Under the pieces are notes generated by a model. It saw nothing but the letters and a program-made list of their open reading frames with translations. It was not told the DNA's origin and searched no databases. A DNA stretch of 64,000 bases from NCBI GenBank assembly GCA_977862235.1, contig OZ374562.1, positions 1,550,001 through 1,614,000 on the forward strand. The letters are read 5' to 3'. The translations under genes were made by a program, and so were the position numbers. The number at the start of each line of letters is the position of its first letter. The first letter of the stretch is position 1. Below are positions 13,240-24,560 of this stretch, piece by piece. This DNA comes from Dudresnaya verticillata (taxonomy: Eukaryota).

Positions 13240-13984
13240 TGCGCACTGTAATACGTTTGCCATCATGGCGTGCGCATTCACGGGGTCACTTCGAAATTCG
13301 TATTTCTCGATTATTTTCACGTAGACCACGGAGTCGTTTCGCGCACAGTGTCTATACCACACGGCCCCCTCCTCAAGAGCGAACGTCCCGGTCGCGGGTT
13401 ACGAATCACGAATTGGCGTGGCCCGGTTTCCCTCGATGGAGCGCGGAAGGAGTCATCCGAGTGGCGGCGCGGAGATTGCTTCGAGCTCACGTCGTCGCGC
13501 AGCGGTGCCTCAGAGCTTACGAATTTGAATTCGGATCACGTTTGCGATGGGGCCTTTGTATTGGCTAATCACGAAGATATTTCACGTACGTAGAACGGGT
13601 TAGGGCTTCGGCGCCGTCCGTCGACGCGTGCGAGCGCGGATCAGGGAGACGGGGCGCGAGCCGCGTGGGTTATTTCAACTTCGTGTTGCGCTGGGTCCGA
13701 GCCCCTTGCTTCTCCGGTCATCGCGCACACACACAACTCGCTTCAGCTCCTTGGATTTCGGTTTCTTGCGTCTTCCGTCGGCTTCTTCGTCTTGCGCTGT
13801 TGCGTCCGTGCGCATCTCTTCTCGCATCGTTCGCTCCGCTCCGTGGCGTTCGTATTTTTGCTTCGTTGGCCTCGGTGGTTTGCGGTGGTCGGTTGTGGGT
13901 TGCAGGTGTCGGTGTTGGGGCAAGTGTTGCGCGTCCTCCGTGGGTTTCGTTACGGTCAACTTCGTGTCACGTATCCTGCGCGAG

Positions 13985-16144
13985 ATGGTAGACAAGGGTC
14001 TCGAGGAGGGAACCGAGTCCCATGAAGAGCGCGTCGATGCGACTCGTCGTCGCCTCGAGGGTGAGCTTGCTGCTGTCGCGGAACGTGAGGCCTCGGAGCC
14101 TACGCGGGATGTTGCGGTGCCTCCGAGAGCTTCGGGTCCTTCATCGAATATCGCTGGCCCTGCGGCTGACTCCGATGAATACGGGCCACGGACTCTCGCG
14201 ATTCCGCACGTGGTGGACATCGGGGCTTCGGGGCCTTCGTGTGCGGCGGACCTCGGTAGTCCGTACGTATGTTCGGGGGGTTCGAATCCGCAATTCGCGA
14301 ATCGGGGTTGACAGCCGAGTGATTCGTTGGGTACGCCGAAATTCGGGACAAAGAATGAGAGTGCTCCGAGGCTTCCGTCTGCGCAGTTGTACTTCGCGTG
14401 GGATGAGTTCGCGATCTCCGGAGTTACTCACGAAGAGGTTGCTGCCTACGATGGCCGTGTTCGTCCGGATCTTGCTCGCTTTCATGCGCTTTGCGAGGGT
14501 CGCGATGATAACGGAGCTGGTGTCTTTCACGTATTCTGGCCCCGTGGCCCCGTGTACCCGACTCCGATGGGCCTTCCGTGTGACGCCTCCTACATAACCA
14601 AGGTCGACGAGGTTGCTTACGTAGATGCGTGTGCGCGTGTGCTCCTGGCACCGGGTGCGGGTATCGCCGTGGATTCTCCGGTGGTTGCGGTTGCTCGCTT
14701 TCGTGATTACCCGGAGTTCGAGTCCACCGCGGGAAACGTATGGCGTCACGTAGACTCGATTTCTCGCATCCTCGGAGTGCACATGGGTGCCGGAGACTGG
14801 AAGCTGTTTCGTGGCGCGGGCTCGATGCCCGATCGCGTGGATACGAATTCGCGTCTCGATGATCGCGTGCCTCTGAGCATTTTTCCGAGTTCGTTCTGGC
14901 TCGATACCCTGTGTGTTCGGGCCCCCGCGGGCTTAGTCGTGCCACCTCCGAGGGTGATTCGTTACTTCGGTCTCGTTGTCGACCTGTTTGCGGAACATGC
15001 GAAGAAGTGCTTCGTGCGTTTTCGGGATTCCGAATATCGCTTCGAGCTTGGTCGCGCGTTGATTTCGGATGTAACGCAGCGTCAATACGTATGGGTGCTC
15101 GATGTTTCGTTGCGTAGTTTCGTTCGTGATCGTTTGTCGAAATCGTTCTCCGAGGATGGCGGGTATCCGGATCTTTCGCTCCGAGGCTCGGATCGTACGA
15201 TGCTGTTCACGAAGATACTCGCGATTGCCATCGAGGCTGCGGATCGGAGGGAGCTCCAGTCGACTCGTCGCGATTTTCCGACGGTACAGTGGTCCCAAGT
15301 GGTCGGTCACGACGTGGGCTCCGGGGCTTGGTTCGATTGGCGTCACAACCGTCCTTCACGAGGGGGGCACGGTCCGTGAGTTGATCCGTTTTCGCATCCG
15401 AGTGCCGCGGTTCGTGCCATCGGAGGCGAGGTTGGTCCGTTGCCGCGTGTGCCTCGTTCCGTAGCTCCGGGCGTTTCGCCTTTGCTGACTCCGGGGTCAA
15501 CGCTTGGCACCAGGGCCGTTTCGTTGATGCCGATCGCTTCGGGTTCTTCGGTCGCGAGTCTCGAGAAGCGCTGTCCTACGGATGTTCGCACTCTCGACTC
15601 TGTGAGCGATGCGTGTCGCGAAGCGGGCATCTCCCCCGATGGGACTTTTCGGCAGCTGTTGGACGACCTCGGTGGAAGCTTACTTCGCGCGGCCATGGAG
15701 TTGAGTCGCCTTCGTAGGCAGCTTCGTGATCGGGATGCGGAGATAGCGGACCTTCGTCATCGTGTGCGAGACCTCGAGTTGGGCGGCAAGCGTCGGCGCG
15801 AAGATTACGGTTACCCGAGTTACGATGCTTCGCGTTACGGGTCTGGCTCCGGAGGCCCTTCCGGCTTCGGACCCAGCGGTGGCGACGGTTACGATGGTCA
15901 CCGCGGACAATCGCAGACATCGGATCCGTATGCGCCGAACTTTATTCGCGTGACTCGAGATGAAAACGGAAACGATCCTCGTGATAGCCCGCCTTACGAC
16001 TCCGCGAACCCGTATGGCCCGGCTCGAGCGGTCCCTAGTGCCAGAACGATGACACGGGTCCCGCGAGCAATAACGGATTTTCGATTACGGGTCCTCCGGG
16101 GGACATCGGTGGTTGAAGTGAAGCTCGGAACACTGCGGGGTTAA
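13985..16144 (+). pseudogene. Antisense accessory ORF of element C (now on + because of the inversion; two in-frame TGA stops)
   Basis: ORFs 13985-14311, 14327-15379 and 15440-16144 share one frame. RILGVHMGAGDW...SIFPSSFW...PAGLVVPPPRVIRYF...SEYRFELGRALISD...WVLD is clearly homologous to the element D ORF. Confidence 0.85.
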
Positions 16145-16486
16145 TACGGGGTTGTCGGAGGCATCGGTTGCCTGATGCGATAAAGGGTGCGGGGACTGAT
16201 TCGGATACGTGTTTTACGGCAACGTAGATTGGGCACCTGGGCCTTGCACGGGTTGAACTAGCGGCGAATTGCGGGGGTCAGGACGGGCATCAGAACGATC
16301 TTCGCGACTTCGAGCCTTTTCCTTCGGTAACGCTGCGGACACGATGTCACGAAGAGCGTTCAACTGTTCCTCCGTAAACGCGTGCGAGCTGCGAAAGGGA
16401 AGCGAGTGACTCTCCTTGCCCACGGGGGAGGTCGCGTCGCGCTCGAGCACAAGGAAACGGGTGCTGACTGCCGAGACGAGATCCCG

Positions 16487-17214
16487 GCGCGCCACGATGG
16501 CATTCGCATTACAGCACGCACGCGATACGAAATCCGTATTTCTCGATAATTCGTCCTCCGGACGAATTCAGAGCTGACTTCGTGATCGCACGACCCACGA
16601 GGGCATTCGAATTACAGTACGCACCCGATACGAAATCGCTGACACCTTCCTGATTTTCCCGTTGTTTCCCGCGCGTAACGGCACCGAGGCCCACGACGCG
16701 CGCGCACCTCCGAATGCAACGCTGGCGCACTTCGTAACTGCCACCATACGTGAGACGACCGTTCGTTGGCACCGAGGCCGCTACGAATCATTCGAGTACG
16801 AACCGTCTCCCGCGTTGACGTGTATTCGTGCTCACGTAGTATTACTTAGCCAGTCATCTGGAACAACCTCCGAGAGTTTTCGATAAGTGACAAGCACCCG
16901 GACCTCGGAGTCTTCAGTAAACGCCTGTTTCTTCGAGTTCGATGTCTTCGTCTTCGTCACCGCATATACGGTCGAGCCTCACTTTCGATAGCCCCGTGCA
17001 CCCGGAGTCATCCCCGGTAATCGATCGCTCGAGTTCTCCCTTCCGCACACGAACACGTTGACACCGTGGTCCTTCGTGTTCGTCGTTCCACTCTACCACG
17101 CTATCACCGCTTTTCCTTTCTCTGTTAGGCTACGAGGCCATTCATTAGGCTTCGAGGCTATTCCTTACAGTTCGAGACTTCCCCGCGTCTCCGTGGACTT
17201 CGTTATACAACACA
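16487..17214 (+). repeat. Distal part of the 3' LTR of element C
   Basis: Matches about 12015-12737 and ends at TSD GACTT. Confidence 0.9.
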
Positions 17215-17346
17215 GACTTGCATGTTGGTCGACTTGCTGTGGTGGAGTGCACTGATGATGTTCGGTCCGTTGTTGGATACACCTGAATGGATTTGTAGAA
17301 GACGTGCTGTGGCGAACGAGGATGTGTCGCCATTTAAGGGGGGGTC

Positions 17347-18033
17347 TGTGGTGAAGTCGCCGTTTCGGAGTGCGGACGGTGGGCGAGCTGTCGCGCGACC
17401 GTCGATAACCCGCGCTCTGCTAAGCGCGCGCCAAAAGCCGGAGCGGGAGTGCAGCGACGCAGTAGCACTGTATGCCCTGCTAGAGTCTGCACGCACCACC
17501 AATAGGAGCCAAGTAGTTGCTTTATTTGTAAGTGGGTAATTTTAATGATGCTGTACAGTACGTAGTGTCAGCCGACAAATGAGAACGCCGAGAATGTCCG
17601 CAACGGTGACCGGGACCAGTAGGGCCGGACCCACTTAGTGGACCAGACCCATGGGGGTCTGGCCCACATGGAACGGACCGCCGGGCGTATCTCGCAGTGT
17701 ATTAATGGGTGGCCACCGCGAGTCCTTCAGTAAACGGGTACGCAACCCTGGGGAAAGTGACTTACCCTAAACCCTACCCCCATACTCCTTCACGGTTTTT
17801 CCTCGCCAGCCCCGTGCACGGATTCTTGTTACCTCCGTCCCGGTGTAGCTGGCCTGGCACTGTAACGTCCCCCTTGTCTGTTGCGTCCCTTTACTCCCTA
17901 CAGGTGTTGCCGCTTGAGGTACTCCCTTCGGTCTACGAACTAAGCTCTACCAACCCGGTGCCGTGTGAGATCACTCCTTATTTGGGATTGACTGATCAGA
18001 TCTTCTTACAGGTGTGCCTTTCACTACACCATA
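17347..18033 (+). repeat. 3' LTR of element B
   Basis: Preceded by the PPT AAGGGGGGGTC and collinear with 2996-3684. Confidence 0.92.
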
Positions 18034-18229
18034 TTCATAAAGACATCGGTTAGGAATGAAGCATTTACACCAATAAAGACTGTCATATACGTTTCACGCG
18101 TAGGACAATTGAAACGGAAATTTCCACGGGTAGCACAATTGAACCTGAACAGAACTTGTCAACAATACTGGTAAAGAAACAGCGCATCCTGCAGGGTTAC
18201 AGAAATTTCTATAAACACCTTCTCCTTCT

Positions 18230-18830
18230 GGATTTGTTGTCACGGTGTTGTGTTGCGATTTAACTTGTCAATGGGAAGACCTCTGCCCTCTTCTCTCCTC
18301 GAGCCGAAGACGGGCTGAGATTGATATCACCGGAGTTGCCTACGATGCGACTCCGGGTTCACTCACTGCTCCCAGTGAACGAGCAGGAGTAGCAGCTAAC
18401 CGTAAACCGTAATATCAACTCTACAGTATCCGTGAACAGTATAGCTCAGAATAGTTAGCTGTAGGGACAGGCTTGAACATGTTCCGTCTATGTTACATGT
18501 TCTGGAGCTTGAAGTTGAAATAGCTACTCTAACTTGTAAACTACAGCTCCACTAAAGATAACGGCAGCAGATTATTTGGAACCGCTCTACAACATGCCGC
18601 ATCAGACTTGGGGGATGGAGTTCTACGCTGTAGGTATTAACTCGTACGGCGCTATTGGCGCTGAGGCTCGTCAGGCGTTCCATGCCATTGGCCGCTTTAC
18701 GTCCGAACAGCGAGGGAGTAACCCTTCGGACGAAACACAAGCGCTCACCATTGGAATTATATCTCACCTTCTTCGTTTTCAAGCCCTGGCAATCAATCGC
18801 CGTGGTCTTCCCCTTCAGGTAGGTCCTTGA
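18230..18830 (+). pseudogene. 3' fragment of an RLE-type (CRE/R2-like) non-LTR retrotransposon ORF
   Basis: RAEIDITGVAY...AGVAANRK, then FYAVGINSYGAIGAEARQAFHAIG...IISHLLRFQALAINRR, resembles the C-terminal restriction-like endonuclease region of CRE-clade elements. Confidence 0.6.
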
Positions 18831-18974
18831 GTAGACCGGGCGACCTAGAGCCCTTCAAACCCTACCATAAAGTGTGGCAGTATGGACGCTGTCAGCAGAA
18901 GGGCTTACAGGAGCGCTCTCCTTTTTGTGGGACAGACTGTCCCTTAACCTGGACAGCTGTCCTTTCATCGCTGT

Positions 18975-19060
18975 ACACGTGGATGACACGTGGCACACGT
19001 GGAATACGTGGGGACACGTGGACGACACGTGGCGCCAATTGGACACCTCGTATTGGCTGA
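18975..19060. promoter_or_regulatory. Cluster of G-box-like ACACGTGG motifs plus CCAAT boxes
   Basis: Five ACACGTGG and one ATACGTGG within about 60 bp, then CCAAT and ATTGG. Confidence 0.55.
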
Positions 19061-19346
19061 TTTATGACGCGCCGCTGCGCTCCTACTCACGAACGAGGAG
19101 CACCTCTGCGCTCAGGGTATCGACAGTGCAGCCGGGACCTCGGCTTGCACACCGGCGTATCCGCCACCAAGTGCCCGTAACGGGACGCATTCCCGTATTT
19201 ACATTGTACTGACTTTACTAATCCTTATAACTATAATCACAGACTAACTTAGACCCCCTTTCGGGCTGATAGACTTTTCGGCTGTCAAAGCCTACTTATG
19301 GGCGCCGGAATAGCCGGTGCCCTCAGAATAAACACTCAGCGGAGTT

Positions 19347-20120
19347 TGTAGTATAGACGTCGGGTCGATCCGACGTCTGATACTTGCTGGTCCGAAGCCG
19401 CCACACAGACCCGTCGATGGGTAGCTGTTGGGGTTGGTAGAGCGGTGTCGGCCGCGTGCGCCCCGCAGGTGCGGATCGACGGCGTCGATGCCGGAGCGCG
19501 CACGGGGCGTACCGTACGCGGGTAGGCAGCGGCCGGATCCCAGCGTCCCTGTCGAAGGGCGGCACGAAGCCGACGGAAAGGAAAAGGAAATGGGAAAGCC
19601 TAGCGAGGCAAGGGGAAAAGGGAAACCGCCCGCTGGCGTAAGGCAAAGGGATCGAACCCGAAAAGGCTGGGGGCAAGCTTCGGCGCGAGCTGTTGCTTGC
19701 CCGGTTTACTGAGCCGTCGATGGCCGACGGTCTTAAATACCCTACACTATGTGCACTACGACTACTTCTACAGTAGGTGCGCCCCACAACACCAACGCGG
19801 GAGGTGTGCGAGCGCGCGCCCATACACGTGTCGATATGTCCGGGTAACGGTTACCCGTGGGCGCGCGCGGGGCGTAACGGGCAGCGGCCCTCTCAACGGC
19901 TCGATGCCGGAGAGCGTCACAGGGGCGCGCCGTGTGCGGCACGGCGCGCGGCCGTTGCCGGCAGCAATGCGGTCGACCGCTACTAATTCAACGAAAAAAA
20001 GTAAGGGCACGCTGCCCAACCACGACTCGCCAGCGGGCGTCATCGTGTGCACCATTACAGTGCGGCGCTGCCAGCATACCTTACAGCCGCTGCTGATAGT
20101 GTGCTGACAGCTATACTACA
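19347..20120 (-). repeat. 3' LTR of element D
   Basis: TGTAGTATA...TATACTACA, with about 11 substitutions versus 44804-45577. Confidence 0.95.
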
Positions 20121-20437
20121 CGGCCCCCCCCTCAAGCGTGAGCGCCCCGCTCACGGCCGTTGAGGTTTCCCGGGGCCACGATGGCAATCCCGAGTGGCCG
20201 TTGACAGTGATTGGCACGCGCGCCCGTCGACGGTGTATGCGCGTACCCGCCCGTCTGCGCCGCTGCGCATATAAGGATCAACGCGGAGTCGGCGCTGGGG
20301 AGGTTGCGGGTATCGCTCTCCACGACCACCCCTTCGCCCACACGCTTCAGCACACCAGTGACCGCTGTCGTGTGTGTATCGTGCTACGCCTTCTCCGCCC
20401 CCTTCGCTCGACACGAGTGCCCACGTCGACGTGCGGT

Positions 20438-23340
20438 ATGACCAAGACGCGCTCGCCTGTCACCTGGGGCGCCCCTGACGAAGGGGCGCCCGCAACCACG
20501 CCGCCGCTGCCCGCTGGTGCGCCATCGACGGCTGCGCCGGTGGAAGCGGTGGCAGATGCCCAACAACCCCAGGCGCAGGATGCGCTGGGGGAAAGCGCCG
20601 CTGCGCTGCCACGCCCACCGCCCGCTGCGGTGGCGGCTTCGGTGCCCAGGGGCCCCGCTGCTGCTCCGACGGCTGGGGCCGGCGCCGCTGCGCATATTGG
20701 TCCAGCAGCTGCTGACCAGATTGGAGCGGGCGCCGCTGCGCCCGCTAAGACATCGGAGATGCGTCCCGCCGCTGCGGTTGACACGTCTCCCGCCCAAGTG
20801 CCTCCGGAGCCAGCAGCCGCTGCGCTGGCCCGGGGTAAGGCTACCCGACCTCTGCTGAGCTACGAGGAGGTCGAGGTGGCCACCCAAGACACTCCGCTGC
20901 GAGGTTTGGGTGGCTTGGACCGGAGTGGGGCGGCCGCTGCCGCCCCATGCCCAGAGGAGGCGGCTCCGGTCGCTGTGCTCTTTGCTGCTCCGCGCGTCGA
21001 TGCGCCACCCGTGGCTCGTGCCCTTGATCTGACGGGGTCGTCGACGGCCTCCGCGTCAAGGGGGAGCAGGATGCCGCCCGCTGCGGCTCCCTTCGTGCCC
21101 CGCCGGGGCCTCAGCGCATCGGCGCAAGGCGACCCCGGAGCAGGGGCGTCGACCGCCCCTGGCACAAGCGTGGCCGCTGCCATTGAGTCGTCATCGGCCG
21201 CTGCCGTGGCTCCCCCTCTGCCGGTGATCACCATGCGAGGGGTGTCTCTGACCATTGGGCCCCAGCGACTCGGTGTCGCGGTGCCCAATGCAGCCGCATT
21301 GCCTCCTACTGTCTTTGCGTGGGAGGCACCGCGCCACCAGATCCCGCTGGACCAGTGGCGTCGTTTGCCCGTGCAAAGGATTGACGTCCAACGTCTCCTG
21401 CGCGTGGAAGATGCGAGCGACGATGGCGGGGCCGCTGCCTACAACACCTTCATGCCCGCATCGCCGGTATGGCTCGTACCGAACGGCCTACCGTGTGACG
21501 TTTCGTTCGTCACCACGATCAAGCAGCTGCTGATCGTGGATAAGGGCGCCGAAGCCCTCTTTGTGAAACCCGTCGATGGGTCCCACAAGCCCCTCGCGGC
21601 CTCGTTGGCCTGGTTGAGGGACGTCCCCATCGAGGAGACGCCGGAGGAGGCGCGCGGTCTGGCCGATGCCGACTGCGCGCGCCGCATCCTCGGGCTGTGC
21701 ATGGGGGAGCGGGACTGGGCCACCTGCCGCGCCCCCGGTGATGGGCTCATCACCACAGGTGCCCGCTTGCACCCGGCGCTCGACGCGTCGTGGTTTCCCT
21801 CCGCGGAGTGGTACTCGCACCGGGACGTGCCCGCTGGCATGATCGTCCCGTGGCCCAGCATCGAGCGATATTTCCACTACGCCGCGGCGGGGAATGAGGC
21901 AGTTCGTCGAGAGCTCCTCGCTAGGCGCTCCGACGAGTATGCCTTTGAGGTGGGGCGTCGCTACGCCTCCGACATCCTATCGAAGGAGATTTGCTGGGTC
22001 CTCGACGACCGCATTTTGGTGTACCTCGATGTACTGTGGCGCAGCGGGCGCCCGGGCTTCCCACGCCTCCGAGGCGCGGCAGGCCCGGACAAAACTTCGG
22101 TGACGTTCGAGTTCGAGCAGCTGCTGAACACGACGCGCTTCGTGGCCGCTACCAGAGAGAAGCACACCCGTCGCCGCCACTTTGCAACACGCGTCGATGC
22201 GTTCATTTGCGGGGTCAACCCAGTGGCGGGGACCTTTCACAAGATCCAACGCGCACGCGCGCCGCGGAAGGATCGTGGCTACGCCTCGATGGCGGACATG
22301 GCCCGCGTCGAGCGGGCCGCTAAGCCGCGCGCCCGTCGGGGCCTATGTGGGGCATCCAAGTCGGCCGCTGCCGTTATGGCCTCGGAGGCCGAGCCCTACT
22401 TGTCACCGGTGCCGCGTGCCACGGCACCAGCACCTCGAGCTGTGGTACCACCTCCCCCGGCCGCTGCCATGGGTGGAGGTCAGGAGAAGCAGGCAGCAGT
22501 CGACCCGCTGCCCGCTGCCTATACGTCGTCGAGGCAGGCGGTGAGGTATGGCCCACCGCCATCGATGGCGGTGGCTGCCTATGTGCCGCCGCCCACAACC
22601 GATGCGCTCGATGCGCCGATGGCAGCGAGCCTCTGGAGCGACCAAAATGTACGCCGCGCCGCTGCGCTGGTACAGTTGGGTGAGGACGCGCCGCTGCGCA
22701 CCCTCGTTGCCGCCTTTGCAGCCCATCTAACGGGAACGCATGACGATCTCGCCGCTGCGAACGCCATCGCCCTTCGCTACCGCACCGAGCGGGACAGGTT
22801 TGGCACGATGCGCAACGACTGCAGGAAGAATTGAGGCGCGCTGCCCATTCATCCCCAGTCGTCGGGTCCCTCGGCAAGCGGCCACGAGAGGAGTACCAGC
22901 CGCCCCCGATGCTGGCGCCGACGCAGCAGCCGATGCCGTCATATGCGCCAGCACAGGCTGCGCAGCAACCGATGCTGCCTTATGCCGTCGGGCCCGCTGG
23001 CCAGATGCTCCCATGGGGACCTTCCGGCTACACCCCGTCGATGGTGGTACAGGGCGGTGGAGTCCCACAGCAGCCGGGCGCCGCTGCGCCCGTCCCCCCG
23101 GGCTACATGCCGCAGGGGTATGGTCCCCCAGTGGGGCAAGTGAGCCCTGCTGGGTTAGCGGCCGCTGCCGCTGGCGCCGCTGCGGTGTACCACACGTCGG
23201 GTACCGCGGCGGGCGCTGCCGCGCCAACTCAGCCGCGAGCTGCGGCCGAGGCGACCGGTTATGACCCCTCCGCCCCTGGATTTGCGTCGTCGATGAAAGC
23301 TCAGCCGGAAGCGGGGGCCGGGGGCAACGCTGCCCAATAG
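20438..23340 (+). CDS. Antisense accessory ORF of element D (probable frameshift near 22830)
   Basis: Open frame 20138-22834 with a likely start ATG at 20438 downstream of a CATATAAG box at about 20268. Ala/Pro-rich N-terminus, conserved core, helical module. GKRPREEY in the 22831-23340 frame matches GKRRREDY in element C. Confidence 0.8.
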
Positions 23341-24560
23341 TGCGATCGACGCATAATATCCGCGGGTGCTGCGGCACCCAGCGATTCGAGCGCCGCTGCG
23401 CCTTTTAGTCCAGTTATGCCGCTGCGTCGTTTAGACATGTTAAAAGGGAAAGGGGTGGGATATGGCTTCGGCCCGCATCGATGCGAACTTATTTGTGGCG
23501 AGAGCGTTCGCCGGCGCAGCAGCTCACCACGTCGGGCCGCTGCCCAAGGTGAGTGCTGCGCGCGCGCGCATCGAGCCCGCGTGCGTCGCCAGTGCGTCAC
23601 GACAGCGGTCGTCTCGGCGCGGGGCTTGCTGGAGCCGCTGCTCAGGGGCAATAGGCAAGCGTGCCGATCCCATGTGACGCCCCGGCGCCGCTGCGCGACA
23701 TGCCGCCTTGGCATGGGGGGGTCACAGTGGCTGCCCTTGCGCGCCCGTCGTGGGCGCCTGGTGCCACGGCGGCTAGCTTCGGCGAGGCCGCTGCCTCGCA
23801 CCCACTTGCCGGCGGCGTGCCGCTTCTGGCTACTCGATCAGCCGCTGCTGTTGCTCCCGCCGGGAGGCGGTTTGCGCCCAAATTTTAGCCAATCGTTGGC
23901 TGGGGAATTTTCGCAACCCCGTGCATTGGCTGTTGCCTTCCGGCCCGCTGGCCTGGTTGGGTGTTTCCCAACCCCCGGCTACAGTACGTACTGTAGCCGG
24001 AACACTTTTCGCGCTCGATGCGCTGCGTGCGCCCCGCGCCGAGGCGCACGCCAAAAGTGACGCTCGCTTTTTGGGGTGCCGTTGCACATCGAGTGCGACG
24101 GCACTCCGGTGTATCCGAGTGAAATGGCGATCGGGCCGCTGCCCTTTGTCCCACACCACTTCGCTTCGACAGCGACGGCCTTGGGCGCGTCGACGCCGGT
24201 GAGCGGCTTCGGTAGCCGTTGGTCAGCGCCCCCTTACCTTGCGTGCGTGAGGCGTCGACGCCTGTCACGCACGAAGGCGAGGTATCGGTTGCGTCTCCTC
24301 GCCGCTTGCGAGTGCGTGCAACCAGCCCGGGGCCGCTGCCCCAGGCTCGGTTAGCTGGCAGCTGCCCTGCGCGCATCGATGCGCCGGAATCAGCGTTCTG
24401 CTGCCCCCCTCTTGCGCTGCTGCCGCTGCTGCTGCCGCAAGGGTGACCTGTCTGGGCTCGGTGCCCAGTGCAGGGTAGGGTGAGGCATCGATTGCCTTTG
24501 CAAAAAGGCAACGAATGCCTGCGGCCCCCTCCTCAAGCGCGAGGCGCCCCTGCCGAGGGG

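Larger units (their letters stand above)
11885..17214 (+). mobile_element. Element C: non-autonomous pol-less LTR retroelement with an internal inversion
   Basis: Perfect TSD GACTT (11880-11884 and 17215-17219), 5' LTR 11885-12737, PBS 12739-12756. The 3' LTR is split into an inverted part (13239-13361) and a direct part (16487-17214). No PR, RT or IN motifs seen. Confidence 0.9.
2996..18033 (+). mobile_element. Element B: degenerate Ty3/gypsy chromodomain LTR retrotransposon (hosts element C)
   Basis: Direct LTRs 2996-3684 and 17347-18033, PBS 3691-3708, PPT 17336-17346, TSD ATCAT/TTCAT, PR-RT-RH-IN-chromodomain order. Most of gag appears deleted. Confidence 0.93.

Noticed and set aside
20138..20437. 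N-terminal 100 codons of the 898-aa ORF call
   Set aside because: Starts at GTG next to the PPT and spans a TATA-like box; the ATG at 20438 is more plausible.
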